From: Cyanobacteria bacterium J06626_4
Lineage (GTDB): Bacteria; Cyanobacteriota; Cyanobacteriia; Phormidesmidales; Phormidesmidaceae
Assembly: GCA_038523235.1 (NCBI GenBank)
Contig: JBCBJQ010000108.1
Span: forward strand, 1-19,712
DNA length: 19,712 bases
Direction of reading: 5' to 3'
In this document: positions 1 to 8,899 of the stretch, piece by piece
Layout: each line of letters opens with the position of its first letter
Position numbering within the stretch: the stretch's first letter is position 1
The notes under the pieces: generated by a model
What the model was told of the DNA's origin: nothing
Database searches by the model: none
Seen by the model: only the letters and a program-made list of their open reading frames with translations
Made by a program: the position numbers and the translations under genes

Positions 1-1026
1 ATCCACGATCAAACTCAGGTGGTAGTCCTTACAGGAGAATCTGGGTATTACAACCATGCTTTAAGTAAACTAAAAATTCATAATATTTCCTTGGAGAGTC
101 TTAAGAGGTCTATTAATCTCCTTGAAGATTGGAGAACTTTATTCGAAATCCGAAAAATCATTCGATCACACCAACCTGATTTAGTCAGCACACATTCGAG
201 TAAAGCAGGATTATTAGGACGTATTGCGTGCCAATTGGAAGGAGTTCCCTGTTTGTTCACAGCACATGGGTGGGCATTTACCCAAGGAGTTCCTGGGGGA
301 AAGCGATACTTGTATCGGTCTCTCGAATCGTTGGCTTCCCCTTTATCAAAACTCATTATCTGTGTCTCTGATTATGATCGGCATCTCGGCATTCAAGCCG
401 GGATAAATCCAGATCGACTAGTTACCATTCACAACGGGATGCCTGACATCCAGCCGAAATATTGGGCAGATCCCATCGGTAAAGGCACAATTCATCTCAC
501 AATGATTGCTCGATTTGATCAGCAGAAAGACCACATAACTTTGCTGCAGGCGATTCAACAGATCGAGAATGTGCATGTCAATCTAGTAGGTGACGGGCCT
601 AGTCTAAACAACACAAAAGCCTTAGTTGAACAACTGAATATTGAAGACAAAGTCAGTTTTTTGGGCTTTCGCTCCGATATTCCTGAGGTGTTAGCCCAGT
701 CACAGATTTTCGCGTTAATTTCCCATTGGGAGGGCTTTCCGCGCACGATTATCGAAGCCATGAGAGCTGGCTTGCCTGTTGTGGCTAGTCAGGTGGGGGG
801 CGTAGCCGAAGCGGTGATTGATGGTGAGACTGGCTTCTGTGTCGCCAGACAAGATGTGGCAACCCTGAGAGAACGGCTTGCTAAACTGGTGGCTGAACCA
901 GAACTGAGAGTGCAGATGGGGCAGGCCGGTCGACGGCGGTATGAGGCGAACTTTACGTTTCAAAGAATGTATGACCAGACTTGTCAGGTTTATGAGCGAG
1001 TTTTAGCTCGCGAGGGCAAGTTGTGA
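1..1026 (+). CDS. Glycosyltransferase family 4 (GT-B fold), 5'-partial
   Basis: The frame is open from base 1, so the true start is probably upstream of the window. GT4 motifs: HSSKAG, FTAHGW, RFDQQKDH, EGFPRTIIEAMRAGLPVVASQVGG (EX7E). Confidence 0.93.
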   Translation: MHDQTQVVVLTGESGYYNHALSKLKIHNISLESLKRSINLLEDWRTLFEIRKIIRSHQPDLVSTHSSKAGLLGRIACQLEGVPCLFTAHGWAFTQGVPGGKRYLYRSLESLASPLSKLIICVSDYDRHLGIQAGINPDRLVTIHNGMPDIQPKYWADPIGKGTIHLTMIARFDQQKDHITLLQAIQQIENVHVNLVGDGPSLNNTKALVEQLNIEDKVSFLGFRSDIPEVLAQSQIFALISHWEGFPRTIIEAMRAGLPVVASQVGGVAEAVIDGETGFCVARQDVATLRERLAKLVAEPELRVQMGQAGRRRYEANFTFQRMYDQTCQVYERVLAREGKL

Positions 1027-1928
1027 TGCCGAAGCCGGTGCCAATAGTCATGACGGGGGCAACTGGTCTGATGGGGCAGATGCTCGTCAAAAAGTTGAGG
1101 CAGTCAGCTCCAGATACCGCGCTGACTTGCATTACGAGATCGCCTACTCAACATTCTGTGTTGCAAGCCGTGAACCCAAATCTTACTTTTATCTCCGGAG
1201 ATACGGCTCTACTAGAGACTTGGCAATACATTTTTGGGCAACATGCACCTGACACCCTCATCCATTTGGTTCAGCTCAGACAGATTTCAACAATTCTGAC
1301 CGCTTTGGAACAGGTACACTCTTTACCCAGGCTTATTGTTATTGGAACAACGGGCGTTTATTCACGCTATAACGTCTATTCTCAAGAATATAAAAAGGCA
1401 GAAGTGGCTTTGAGCCAGTATCGCGGCTCTTCTTGTTTGCTCAGACCCACGATGATTTATGGGTCACATCGCGATAAGAATTTGCATAAGCTGATCAAAT
1501 TTTGCGATCGCTATGGTTTTTTCCCTGTTTTTGGTTCTGGCAAGTGTTTGCTGCAGCCAGTCCATGCTGACGACTTAGCCCGAGCACTCCTCGCGGTGTT
1601 TCTTAATCCTGAAATTCAGGGAACCTATGATCTGTCTGGGGGGACGGTTGTTTCATTTCTAGAACTTTTGGCATTGGTCGAAAAGCTGTTGGGAAAATCT
1701 GTTCGCCTGCTAAAAATTCCCTATGGTTTGGGCGTTTGGTCAGCGACGATCGCCGAGCGCCTGTTAGGAACCCGCTCGCCAATTCGCAAGGAACAAATCT
1801 TGCGCCTTCAGGAGGACAAAGCATATTCCCATGCTGCGGCCACTGCCGACTTTGGTTATGCGCCTCGCTCGTTAGAAGATGGACTAACTCAAGAGATTGC
1901 CCTGTTGAGAGCAGAAGGAATTCTTTAA
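1026..1928 (+). CDS. NAD-dependent epimerase/dehydratase family protein (atypical SDR)
   Basis: Rossmann motif TGATGLMG, LRPTMIYG and QPVHADDLA. The ATG overlaps the upstream TGA (TGATG coupling); GTG at 1023 is an alternative start. No clean YxxxK motif (YSQEYKK). Confidence 0.85.
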   Translation: MPKPVPIVMTGATGLMGQMLVKKLRQSAPDTALTCITRSPTQHSVLQAVNPNLTFISGDTALLETWQYIFGQHAPDTLIHLVQLRQISTILTALEQVHSLPRLIVIGTTGVYSRYNVYSQEYKKAEVALSQYRGSSCLLRPTMIYGSHRDKNLHKLIKFCDRYGFFPVFGSGKCLLQPVHADDLARALLAVFLNPEIQGTYDLSGGTVVSFLELLALVEKLLGKSVRLLKIPYGLGVWSATIAERLLGTRSPIRKEQILRLQEDKAYSHAAATADFGYAPRSLEDGLTQEIALLRAEGIL

Positions 1929-1932
1929 ACTA

Positions 1933-2949
1933 ATGGGCCTAGAAATACTTGCCCTGGCTATCGTGAGTTTCGTCATTGCCCTCGGACTGACTGGCTGGCT
2001 GAAGCAGTATTTCGGCCAAGCTCTACTTGATCTCCCTAACGATCGCAGCTCCCACACCCAACCGACACCTCGGGGCGGGGGCTTGGGATTTTGCCTGGCT
2101 TTTGCGATCACGAGCTTATTGGGTTGGGGACTGTCATCTGTCTGGCCAGCGACGGCTCTCAATCTCCTTCCTAATCCGCTCTGTATCGTATTGGTATTGC
2201 TGCCGCTGGCAATTGTGGGGCTGTTGGACGACCGCTTCACCCTGTCGGCTAAGGTGCGCTATGCCGTGCAGTTGAGTGCAGCGGCGATCGCCCTTTTGAG
2301 TTTTGGCGCGTTTTCGCTCACTGGGTTGCCGGAAACTCTGTGGGTAACGCTGCTAATGGGCAGTGTCACGCTGATTGGCTTCACGGCGCTGGTGAACTTC
2401 TACAACTTTATGGATGGGTTGGATGGGCTGGTGGCCAGTGTGACGGCCCTTCAGTTAGGGTTTCTGGCGCTGTATCTACAGCAGCCGATTTGGTGGCTGC
2501 TGGTGGCAGCCCTGCTGGGCTTTTTATGGTGGAACTGGTCGCCCGCTAAAATTTTTATGGGGGATGTGGGCAGTACAGTGCTCGGTGCCAGCGTGGCGAT
2601 CGCCCTGATTGTGCCAACCGCTGACCCCAGTTTGAATGTCGCGGCTCTAGCGATTACTCTGCCCCTCACTGCCGACGCAATTTACACATTGACACGCCGC
2701 TTGCTGAAGGGCGAAAACATCTTTCAGGCCCACCGCACGCATCTCTATCAGCGGTTGCAGCAGTCGGGGTGGAATCATGGCCGAGTGACGATCGCCTATG
2801 GCCTGTGGACGGTACTGCTGGCAGTACTGATCGGGGAGTGGGATGGTGTCGGTAGTCTGTTGGGACTCGGCATCAGCGGCTTAATCATCATTGCAGGTGA
2901 ATATTATTTGAACGCCCGGCTTAAGACGACTAGCCCCAGTCAGTCCTGA
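1933..2949 (+). CDS. MraY/WecA/WbpL-family undecaprenyl-phosphate sugar-1-phosphate transferase
   Basis: Multi-TM protein with DLPNDRSSHTQPTPRGGG, GLLDD, NFYNFMDGLDG, IFMGDVGS and AHRTHLYQRL motifs. Confidence 0.92.
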   Translation: MGLEILALAIVSFVIALGLTGWLKQYFGQALLDLPNDRSSHTQPTPRGGGLGFCLAFAITSLLGWGLSSVWPATALNLLPNPLCIVLVLLPLAIVGLLDDRFTLSAKVRYAVQLSAAAIALLSFGAFSLTGLPETLWVTLLMGSVTLIGFTALVNFYNFMDGLDGLVASVTALQLGFLALYLQQPIWWLLVAALLGFLWWNWSPAKIFMGDVGSTVLGASVAIALIVPTADPSLNVAALAITLPLTADAIYTLTRRLLKGENIFQAHRTHLYQRLQQSGWNHGRVTIAYGLWTVLLAVLIGEWDGVGSLLGLGISGLIIIAGEYYLNARLKTTSPSQS

Positions 2950-3067
2950 TGGCTGCTGACCAACTCTATCTGGCTGCCAGCTAATTGCTCCGGTGCTACA
3001 AGTCGTTATCCCCGAGGCCTTTTTGTCGCTTAAGCCCCCCCTGGGCTAATCCTGTAGGGGTTTCCAG

Positions 3068-3081
3068 GTAACTCATATTAC
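3068..3081. promoter_or_regulatory. NtcA-type box (GTA-N8-TAC)
   Basis: GTAACTCATATTAC in intergenic DNA. No -10 element at canonical spacing. The motif is short, so a chance match is possible. Confidence 0.3.
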
Positions 3082-3203
3082 TTAGCTTTCGGCTTCCATA
3101 ATGGTGGCGGAGATCGCCCTTTTCTATCGGCTTAAGTACTGTAGACAACCGGTCGGGTAGGCTTCCAGCCTGCCTCCATAACCAGCTTTTTCAAGGGTTG
3201 CGG

Positions 3204-3385
3204 GGTGTTCAGGACGACCAGGATGGCCATCGAACAAGAGCGCACCGAGGCAGCGATATCAGAGCTGCATTGTCAAACCCCTACAAGGTTAGCCCCTTGG
3301 GAGACGAGCTCAGGGGGCATCGAGGGTGATGTGTCATCAAGATCGCCGTTGTTGAGAGAGGCAAACGGTTCCTGGTCTGAACACT
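3204..3385 (+). ncRNA. ssrS: Probable 6S RNA (SsrS/SsaA-like)
   Basis: A ~180-nt rod. GTGTTCA(3205-11) pairs with TGAACAC(3378-84), GACCAGGA(3216-23) with TCCTGGTC(3370-77), GGCAGCG(3249-55) with CGTTGTT(3347-53), and GCCCCTTG(3292-99) with CAGGGGGC(3311-18) as the apical stem. An A-rich central bubble lies between them. G-U pairs favour the + strand. The 3' segment GAGAGAGGCAAACGG..CTGGTCTGA resembles cyanobacterial 6S 3' ends as I recall them (not database-checked). Confidence 0.6.
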
Positions 3386-3400
3386 GCGATGCTGCCAAAT

Positions 3401-3444
3401 GTAATCCTGGATACCGGCCCTGGGGGATCATCAATGCCTATTAT
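3401..3444 (+). promoter_or_regulatory. Candidate NtcA-activated promoter for fbp-zwf-opcA
   Basis: TGTAATCCTGGATAC (GTA-N8-TAC at 3401-3414), followed 24 nt later by TATTAT (3439-3444). Canonical spacing is about 22-23 nt. Confidence 0.4.
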
Positions 3445-3597
3445 TGAGTCAATCTTTAGCTGGCATAAAGACTTCTGAGCTTTAGCGTGGGGCTTTTTAC
3501 TATGGGGCTTAGAGAACGCAAGGGTCGTGGTGATGTCGATCCAGTGGATGGCAGCGCTAACGCCGGAGTGCCCATACTGTCCCCATAGGAGCCTCGC

Positions 3598-4656
3598 ATG
3601 GTTGAAGATTATCAACCTTCTTCAGAGCAAACGCTTGATCGCGATTGCATGACGCTGTCACGGCACGTGCTGCAGCAGTTGCAAAGCTTTGGCCCCGATG
3701 CTCAAGACCTCAGCGCTTTGATGAACCGCATTGCCCTAGCGGGCAAGCTGATCGCTCGCCATCTTTCGCGAGCAGGCTTGGTCGCCGATACGCTGGGATT
3801 TACCGGGCGCACGAACGTGCAGGGCGAAGACGTCAAGAAAATGGACGTGTTTGCCAACGATGTCTTCATTTCGGTCTTTAAGCAGAGCGGCCTGGTCTGT
3901 CGGCTGGCTTCAGAAGAAATGGAGAAGCCCTACTACATTCCAGAAAACTGTCCGATTGGTCGCTACACGCTGCTGTATGACCCAATTGATGGCTCTTCAA
4001 ATGTGGACATCAATTTGAACGTGGGGTCGATTTTTGCGATTCGCCGGCAGACCGGGGATGACCTGGATCGATCAGCGGCAGATCTGCTGACCCATGGCCG
4101 GGATCAGCTGGCAGCGGGCTATATTCTGTACGGGCCGACGACGGTGCTGGTGTATTCCATCGGTCATGGCGTGCATTTCTTCACGCTAGATCCGAGTTTG
4201 GGGGAGTTCATTCTGACTGCTGAAAACATTCAACTGCCCGCGCATGGGTCTAACTACAGCGTGAACGAGGGCAACTTTTGGCAATGGGAAGAGTCGATTC
4301 GCGACTTTACGCGCTACGTCCATCGCCATGAGGGCTATTCCTCCCGCTACAGCGGAGCGCTGGTAGGCGATTTTCATCGGATTTTGTTGCAGGGGGGCGT
4401 GTTTCTGTATCCTGGCACAGTGAAAAATCCCCACGGTAAGCTGCGGCTGCTGTATGAGACGGCCCCGCTAGCCTTTTTGGCAGAGCAGGCGGGCGGGCGA
4501 GCAAGCACGGGCACCCAAAGACTATTGGATGTGGTACCGACAGAACTGCATCAGCGGACGCCGGTGGTGATCGGCAGCGCTGATGATGTGGCTCTGGTGG
4601 AATCGTTTATTCAAGAACGCCTGCGAGAACAGGAAGCGATCGCGGCCCCTTCGTGA
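3598..4656 (+). CDS. fbp: Fructose-1,6-bisphosphatase class I
   Basis: [38 protein letters not shown] and KLRLLYE motifs. SD AGGAG at 3587-3591. Confidence 0.97.
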   Translation: MVEDYQPSSEQTLDRDCMTLSRHVLQQLQSFGPDAQDLSALMNRIALAGKLIARHLSRAGLVADTLGFTGRTNVQGEDVKKMDVFANDVFISVFKQSGLVCRLASEEMEKPYYIPENCPIGRYTLLYDPIDGSSNVDINLNVGSIFAIRRQTGDDLDRSAADLLTHGRDQLAAGYILYGPTTVLVYSIGHGVHFFTLDPSLGEFILTAENIQLPAHGSNYSVNEGNFWQWEESIRDFTRYVHRHEGYSSRYSGALVGDFHRILLQGGVFLYPGTVKNPHGKLRLLYETAPLAFLAEQAGGRASTGTQRLLDVVPTELHQRTPVVIGSADDVALVESFIQERLREQEAIAAPS

Positions 4657-4881
4657 TGGTGAGGGCGATTGAAGGTTCAGTCTTGAGGAGGCTGGCCCGG
4701 TGATCCCCAAGCGATCGCGACTGAGCGCTCACCGATGCTCTGGCACCGTAAACCGCCGGTAGGTCAAAGACTCCCGATCGCTGAAGGGGCGATTTAACCA
4801 GCCTCTAAGTTCGCTTTCCGACTGCTGCTACACCACTCTTTCGATTAGCCTTGAGTCCATTTACCCCACTCGCAAAGCCCT

Positions 4882-6411
4882 ATGGTTAGTCTGCTAGAAA
4901 ATCCGCTACGCGTTGGCCTGCAACAGGATCGCATCCCCGATCCCCAAATTTTGGTGATTTTTGGCGCTTCGGGTGATTTGACCCAGCGCAAGCTGGTGCC
5001 CGCTCTGTATCAGATGAAGCTCGATCGCCGCTTGCCGCCCGAACTAACGATTGTCGGCGTGGCACGACGCGAGTGGAGCCACGATTTCTTTCGTGAGCAC
5101 ATGCGCGAAGGAGTCGAGCAGTTTGGCGGCGGCTTGGGGAATGAAGCCGTCTGGAACAACTTTGCCGATGGCCTGTATTACTGTCCGGCCAATATCGACA
5201 AGCCTGAGGACTATCAACGACTCAAGGCGTTTTTGGCTGAACTAGACGAAAGTCGAGGAACTCGGGGTAATCGTGTTTTTTACCTCTCGGTGGCCCCGCG
5301 CTTTTTTGGGGAAGCGGCGCGGCAGTTAGGGGCTGCAGATATGCTTGCTGAGCCGGACAAGCAGCGCTTGGTGATTGAAAAGCCCTTTGGTAAAGATATT
5401 GGCTCAGCGCGGGTGCTGAACCGCGTCGTGCAGGACGTCTGCAAAGAAGAGCAGGTTTATCGCATCGATCATTACCTCGGTAAAGAAACGGTGCAGAACT
5501 TGATGGTGTTCCGCTTTGCTAACGCCATTTTTGAGCCCTTGTGGAACCGGCAGTTCGTTGATCATGTGCAGATCACCGTGGCCGAAACAGTGGGCCTAGA
5601 AGGTCGGGCGGGCTACTACGAAACCGCCGGAGCGCTGCGAGACATGGTGCAAAACCACCTGATGCAGCTATTTTGCCTGACGGCAATGGAAGCCCCCAAC
5701 TCACTGGATGCCGACAGCATTCGCAGTGAAAAGGTCAAGGTGCTGCAGGCGACCCACCTGGCAGACTTGGAAGATTTGTCGAAATGTGCGGTACGGGGCC
5801 AGTACGCCCCCGGCTGGATGAACAACGAACAGGTGCCCAGCTATCGCTCGGAAGATGGCGCTAGCGAAGAGTCGACCACGCCGACCTACGCAGCACTGAA
5901 GCTGATGATTGATAACTGGCGCTGGAAGGGCGTGCCGTTCTACATGCGGACAGGCAAGCGCATGCCGAAAAAAGTGTCGGAAATCTCGATTCACTTTAAA
6001 GAGGTGCCATTCATGATGTTTCAATCGGCGGCAAAGCAGTTGAACCACAACGTGCTGGCGCTGCGCATTCAGCCTAATGAGGGCATCTCGATGCGCTTTG
6101 AGGTGAAAACACCGGGCAACTCCCTGCGGACGCGATCGGTGGCGATGGATTTTCGCTACGATGCGGCGTTTGGTAAACCCAGCACCGAAGCCTATGGCCG
6201 CCTGCTGGTGGACTGCATGTTGGGCGATCAGACCTTGTTCACCCGAGGTGATGAAGTGGAAGCCTCTTGGCGGATGCTGACGCCCCTGCTGGAAGTATGG
6301 GATGCTCCAGCAGACCCGCAGGTGATTCCGCTTTATGAGGCCGGCACGTGGGGGCCCGTGGAGGCAGAACTGCTGCTGAACTGTGATCACCGGCGCTGGC
6401 GACGACTCTAG
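4882..6411 (+). CDS. zwf: Glucose-6-phosphate 1-dehydrogenase
   Basis: GASGDLT, EKPFG and RIDHYLGKE motifs. Also carries the cyanobacterial Cys residues (DVCKE, VDCML). Confidence 0.99.
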   Translation: MVSLLENPLRVGLQQDRIPDPQILVIFGASGDLTQRKLVPALYQMKLDRRLPPELTIVGVARREWSHDFFREHMREGVEQFGGGLGNEAVWNNFADGLYYCPANIDKPEDYQRLKAFLAELDESRGTRGNRVFYLSVAPRFFGEAARQLGAADMLAEPDKQRLVIEKPFGKDIGSARVLNRVVQDVCKEEQVYRIDHYLGKETVQNLMVFRFANAIFEPLWNRQFVDHVQITVAETVGLEGRAGYYETAGALRDMVQNHLMQLFCLTAMEAPNSLDADSIRSEKVKVLQATHLADLEDLSKCAVRGQYAPGWMNNEQVPSYRSEDGASEESTTPTYAALKLMIDNWRWKGVPFYMRTGKRMPKKVSEISIHFKEVPFMMFQSAAKQLNHNVLALRIQPNEGISMRFEVKTPGNSLRTRSVAMDFRYDAAFGKPSTEAYGRLLVDCMLGDQTLFTRGDEVEASWRMLTPLLEVWDAPADPQVIPLYEAGTWGPVEAELLLNCDHRRWRRL

Positions 6412-6485
6412 GATGCCTTGTCCTACGTCTTGCGGTTAGCGGAGGAATTAAGCTCCCAGATTAAAATGGACGACTCCATTCAAAA

Positions 6486-6499
6486 TTCCCAGCTGGGAA
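6486..6499. repeat. Perfect 14-bp palindrome in the zwf-opcA spacer
   Basis: TTCCCAGCTGGGAA equals its own reverse complement. Confidence 0.6.
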
Positions 6500-6710
6500 C
6501 TGGCTCAATTCTGTCTGTTTGGACACAACCGGATGCGCCGCCACTGTAGGAACTAGGGATAGAAACCCGATGATATCGACTGAATCCTGTCTAGATCAGG
6601 CCAGACCCTAGCATCATCCTTAAGTTCCCGTGGATTTTAGTGAAGTTCGATAGCATAGACACGATGCCCGAACTGTTGTTGGATTCTGCCCTTAAATTCC
6701 GAGAGCTACT

Positions 6711-8045
6711 ATGATCACAACTCCCGTTGTTGCGCTACAAAAACCGAAGGATATTTCCATTGAGGAAATTGATGCCGAGCTGCGGAATATCTGGCGGAGT
6801 CAAGACTCTGGCACGACGGCTCCGGTAGCGACCCGAGCTAGCACGTTTAGCATTGTGGTGTATGAACCAGAGGAGTTTCAACAACTCTTGGCGGCACTCG
6901 CCTTCTACAAAGGCGACATCGACGGTCAGCATGGTTCCAAAACTCGGGACGCTATTCGTCAGGCGCAGATGGCCTACGATTTGCGGGTGACGGGACGAGT
7001 CGATGAGCCCACGTTGACGCGTTTGCGAGCCGAGTATGATGCCCTCTCGCCGGCCCAAAAAGCCTTTTCGAATCCCGATTTGCGCGGCTTTAACCTGAGT
7101 GAGGCGATCACGGCCCAAAATCCCTGTCGGGTAATCACCCTCTGCCCTACTTTGGGCGACGACACCGGCGTGACGGCACAGGTTTCGGCCTATTGCCCCG
7201 TGCAAAAGCGTAACGCCACCAACCTGATTTGCTGCGAATACATTACCCTGCGCGGCACAAAGGCAGCTCTGGAGCGCGTGTCGGGGATTGTTTCTTCTTT
7301 GCTGATTGGCGACTTGCCGAAGTTTGTCTGGTGGAAGGCCACCCCCAATCCCGAGCAGGCCTTGTTTAACCAACTGTCAGAAACCAGTAACTGCTTGATT
7401 GTCGATTCCAGCTACTTCAGTGAGGTGGAATCAGAGCTGAACAAAATTCAAGAAATTACCGAATCAGGCAAGTACATTGCTGACCTCAATTGGCACCGGC
7501 TGTTTCCCTGGCAAGAGCTGACGGCGGAGGCCTTTGACCCGCCCGAACGGCGAGATTCGCTGACCGAGGTAGATCATGTCAGCATCGACCATGAACCGGG
7601 GAATTCGGCTCAGGCCCTGATGTTTTTAGGCTGGCTGGCCAGTCGGCTGGATTGGACGCCGATGCGCTACGTCGAAGAGGGCGGCGACTATGCGATTCGT
7701 AAGGTGTACTTTCAAAGCAGCTATGGCAGCCGAGAAATTGAGGCGGAGCTGGCGTCGATTCCGGTGGCCGATGTGGGCGAGGTGATTGGTGATCTTGTCG
7801 GCATTCGCCTCACCTCCGACAATCAAACTGCTGACTGCTGCACGATTCTCTGCTCCGAAACCACCGGCTGCATGCGCATGGAAGCGGGCGGCGGCGCTCA
7901 GGCCTGCCGCGTCGAAGAAGTGACGGCCATTTCGGATCAGCGAGCTGACCTGATTTTGGGCCAACAGCTGCAGCGTTGGGGGGAAGACATTCTCTATCAA
8001 GAGAGTCTGGCGATGGCTGACCAAATTCTGCGGCTGTGTCCGTGA
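6711..8045 (+). CDS. opcA: G6PDH assembly/allosteric effector OpcA
   Basis: Directly downstream of zwf. PCRVITLCP, ICCEYITL, DLPKFVWW, DLNWHRL..WQELTA and CCTILCSETTGCM motifs, with a PG-binding-like insert near the N-terminus. Confidence 0.97.
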   Translation: MITTPVVALQKPKDISIEEIDAELRNIWRSQDSGTTAPVATRASTFSIVVYEPEEFQQLLAALAFYKGDIDGQHGSKTRDAIRQAQMAYDLRVTGRVDEPTLTRLRAEYDALSPAQKAFSNPDLRGFNLSEAITAQNPCRVITLCPTLGDDTGVTAQVSAYCPVQKRNATNLICCEYITLRGTKAALERVSGIVSSLLIGDLPKFVWWKATPNPEQALFNQLSETSNCLIVDSSYFSEVESELNKIQEITESGKYIADLNWHRLFPWQELTAEAFDPPERRDSLTEVDHVSIDHEPGNSAQALMFLGWLASRLDWTPMRYVEEGGDYAIRKVYFQSSYGSREIEAELASIPVADVGEVIGDLVGIRLTSDNQTADCCTILCSETTGCMRMEAGGGAQACRVEEVTAISDQRADLILGQQLQRWGEDILYQESLAMADQILRLCP

Positions 8046-8423
8046 TCGCGCCTGGCGTCAGTCCGTGGTTAAAGTCATCCAGATGCGACCGGAAACAGAG
8101 AGTAGGTTTGGCAACGCTGGGGTGCGATCGCGCTCCAGGCTGCTGGGCTAGCGTTTGGCCGTCACTGGTCGGGACCAAAGTTCAGACCCCCTGGCAACTT
8201 CGAAATGGGGCTCGCGTCGGACTCCCTGGCCGAAACGCAGGCTGAGTGCAGTCGAAGCAAGCCTTCTCGCCAGAGATAGTCGATATTCCGGGCGTAGATG
8301 CCGGTTGAACCTCTGATTGAGCCCTTCTGTCGGGCTGCTAGAGCTGGCCTGAGCAGAGCCTTAACGGCTGGCAAAGACGGCTACTTTTAGTGAAAATAAA
8401 GCCATCTCAAATAGTGGAGTCTC

Positions 8424-8804
8424 ATGTTTGGCACATTTCAGCAAACGACGCTTCGGATTGAAGTCAACGCACCGGTTGAGGCCATCCGCGACAGCTTGCT
8501 ACAGCCCCGTCAGTTTAAGCAGTGGCTTTGGCCTCAAACGTTTTCAGCAGGGCTGCCTGACGTGTTAGAAAAAGAGACGACTTTTACTGGTTATGTGGGG
8601 CCAATCAAAGTGCAACACCGCGTCGCTGATCTATCCGCTCAGCACGTTTGTTTGCTGCTGTGGGAGGGGATCGATGGCTTCCACGAATGGCGTTGGGGCG
8701 ATGAATGGGTACAGTCGCGGATTGAGGGTATTTCACTCCTGCCGGTTAATTTGGCCCAGAGCCTCAATTTATTCCGACTGAAGCGGTTTCTGGAAGAGTC
8801 TTGA
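8424..8804 (+). CDS. Conserved hypothetical protein (possible SRPBCC/START-like fold)
   Basis: 126 aa with SD GGAG upstream. The pattern RIEVNAP..AIRDSL...WLWP resembles SRPBCC N-termini. Confidence 0.7.
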   Translation: MFGTFQQTTLRIEVNAPVEAIRDSLLQPRQFKQWLWPQTFSAGLPDVLEKETTFTGYVGPIKVQHRVADLSAQHVCLLLWEGIDGFHEWRWGDEWVQSRIEGISLLPVNLAQSLNLFRLKRFLEES

Positions 8805-8899
8805 AACACGATAAAAGGCCATAATCGTCGTGAGCCCCTTCAGGTGAACGCGGTTGGCGAGCCTAACGGTACAGTGTGCTAGCGATCGCCTTGATGGGT

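Noticed and set aside
3205..3447. 80-aa ORF (and the antisense 92-aa ORF 3337-3615)
   Set aside because: No recognisable motifs. The region is better explained by a structured RNA and a promoter.
5701..7373. Long antisense ORFs of 229 and 212 aa
   Set aside because: Shadows of zwf and opcA codon bias, with no protein features.
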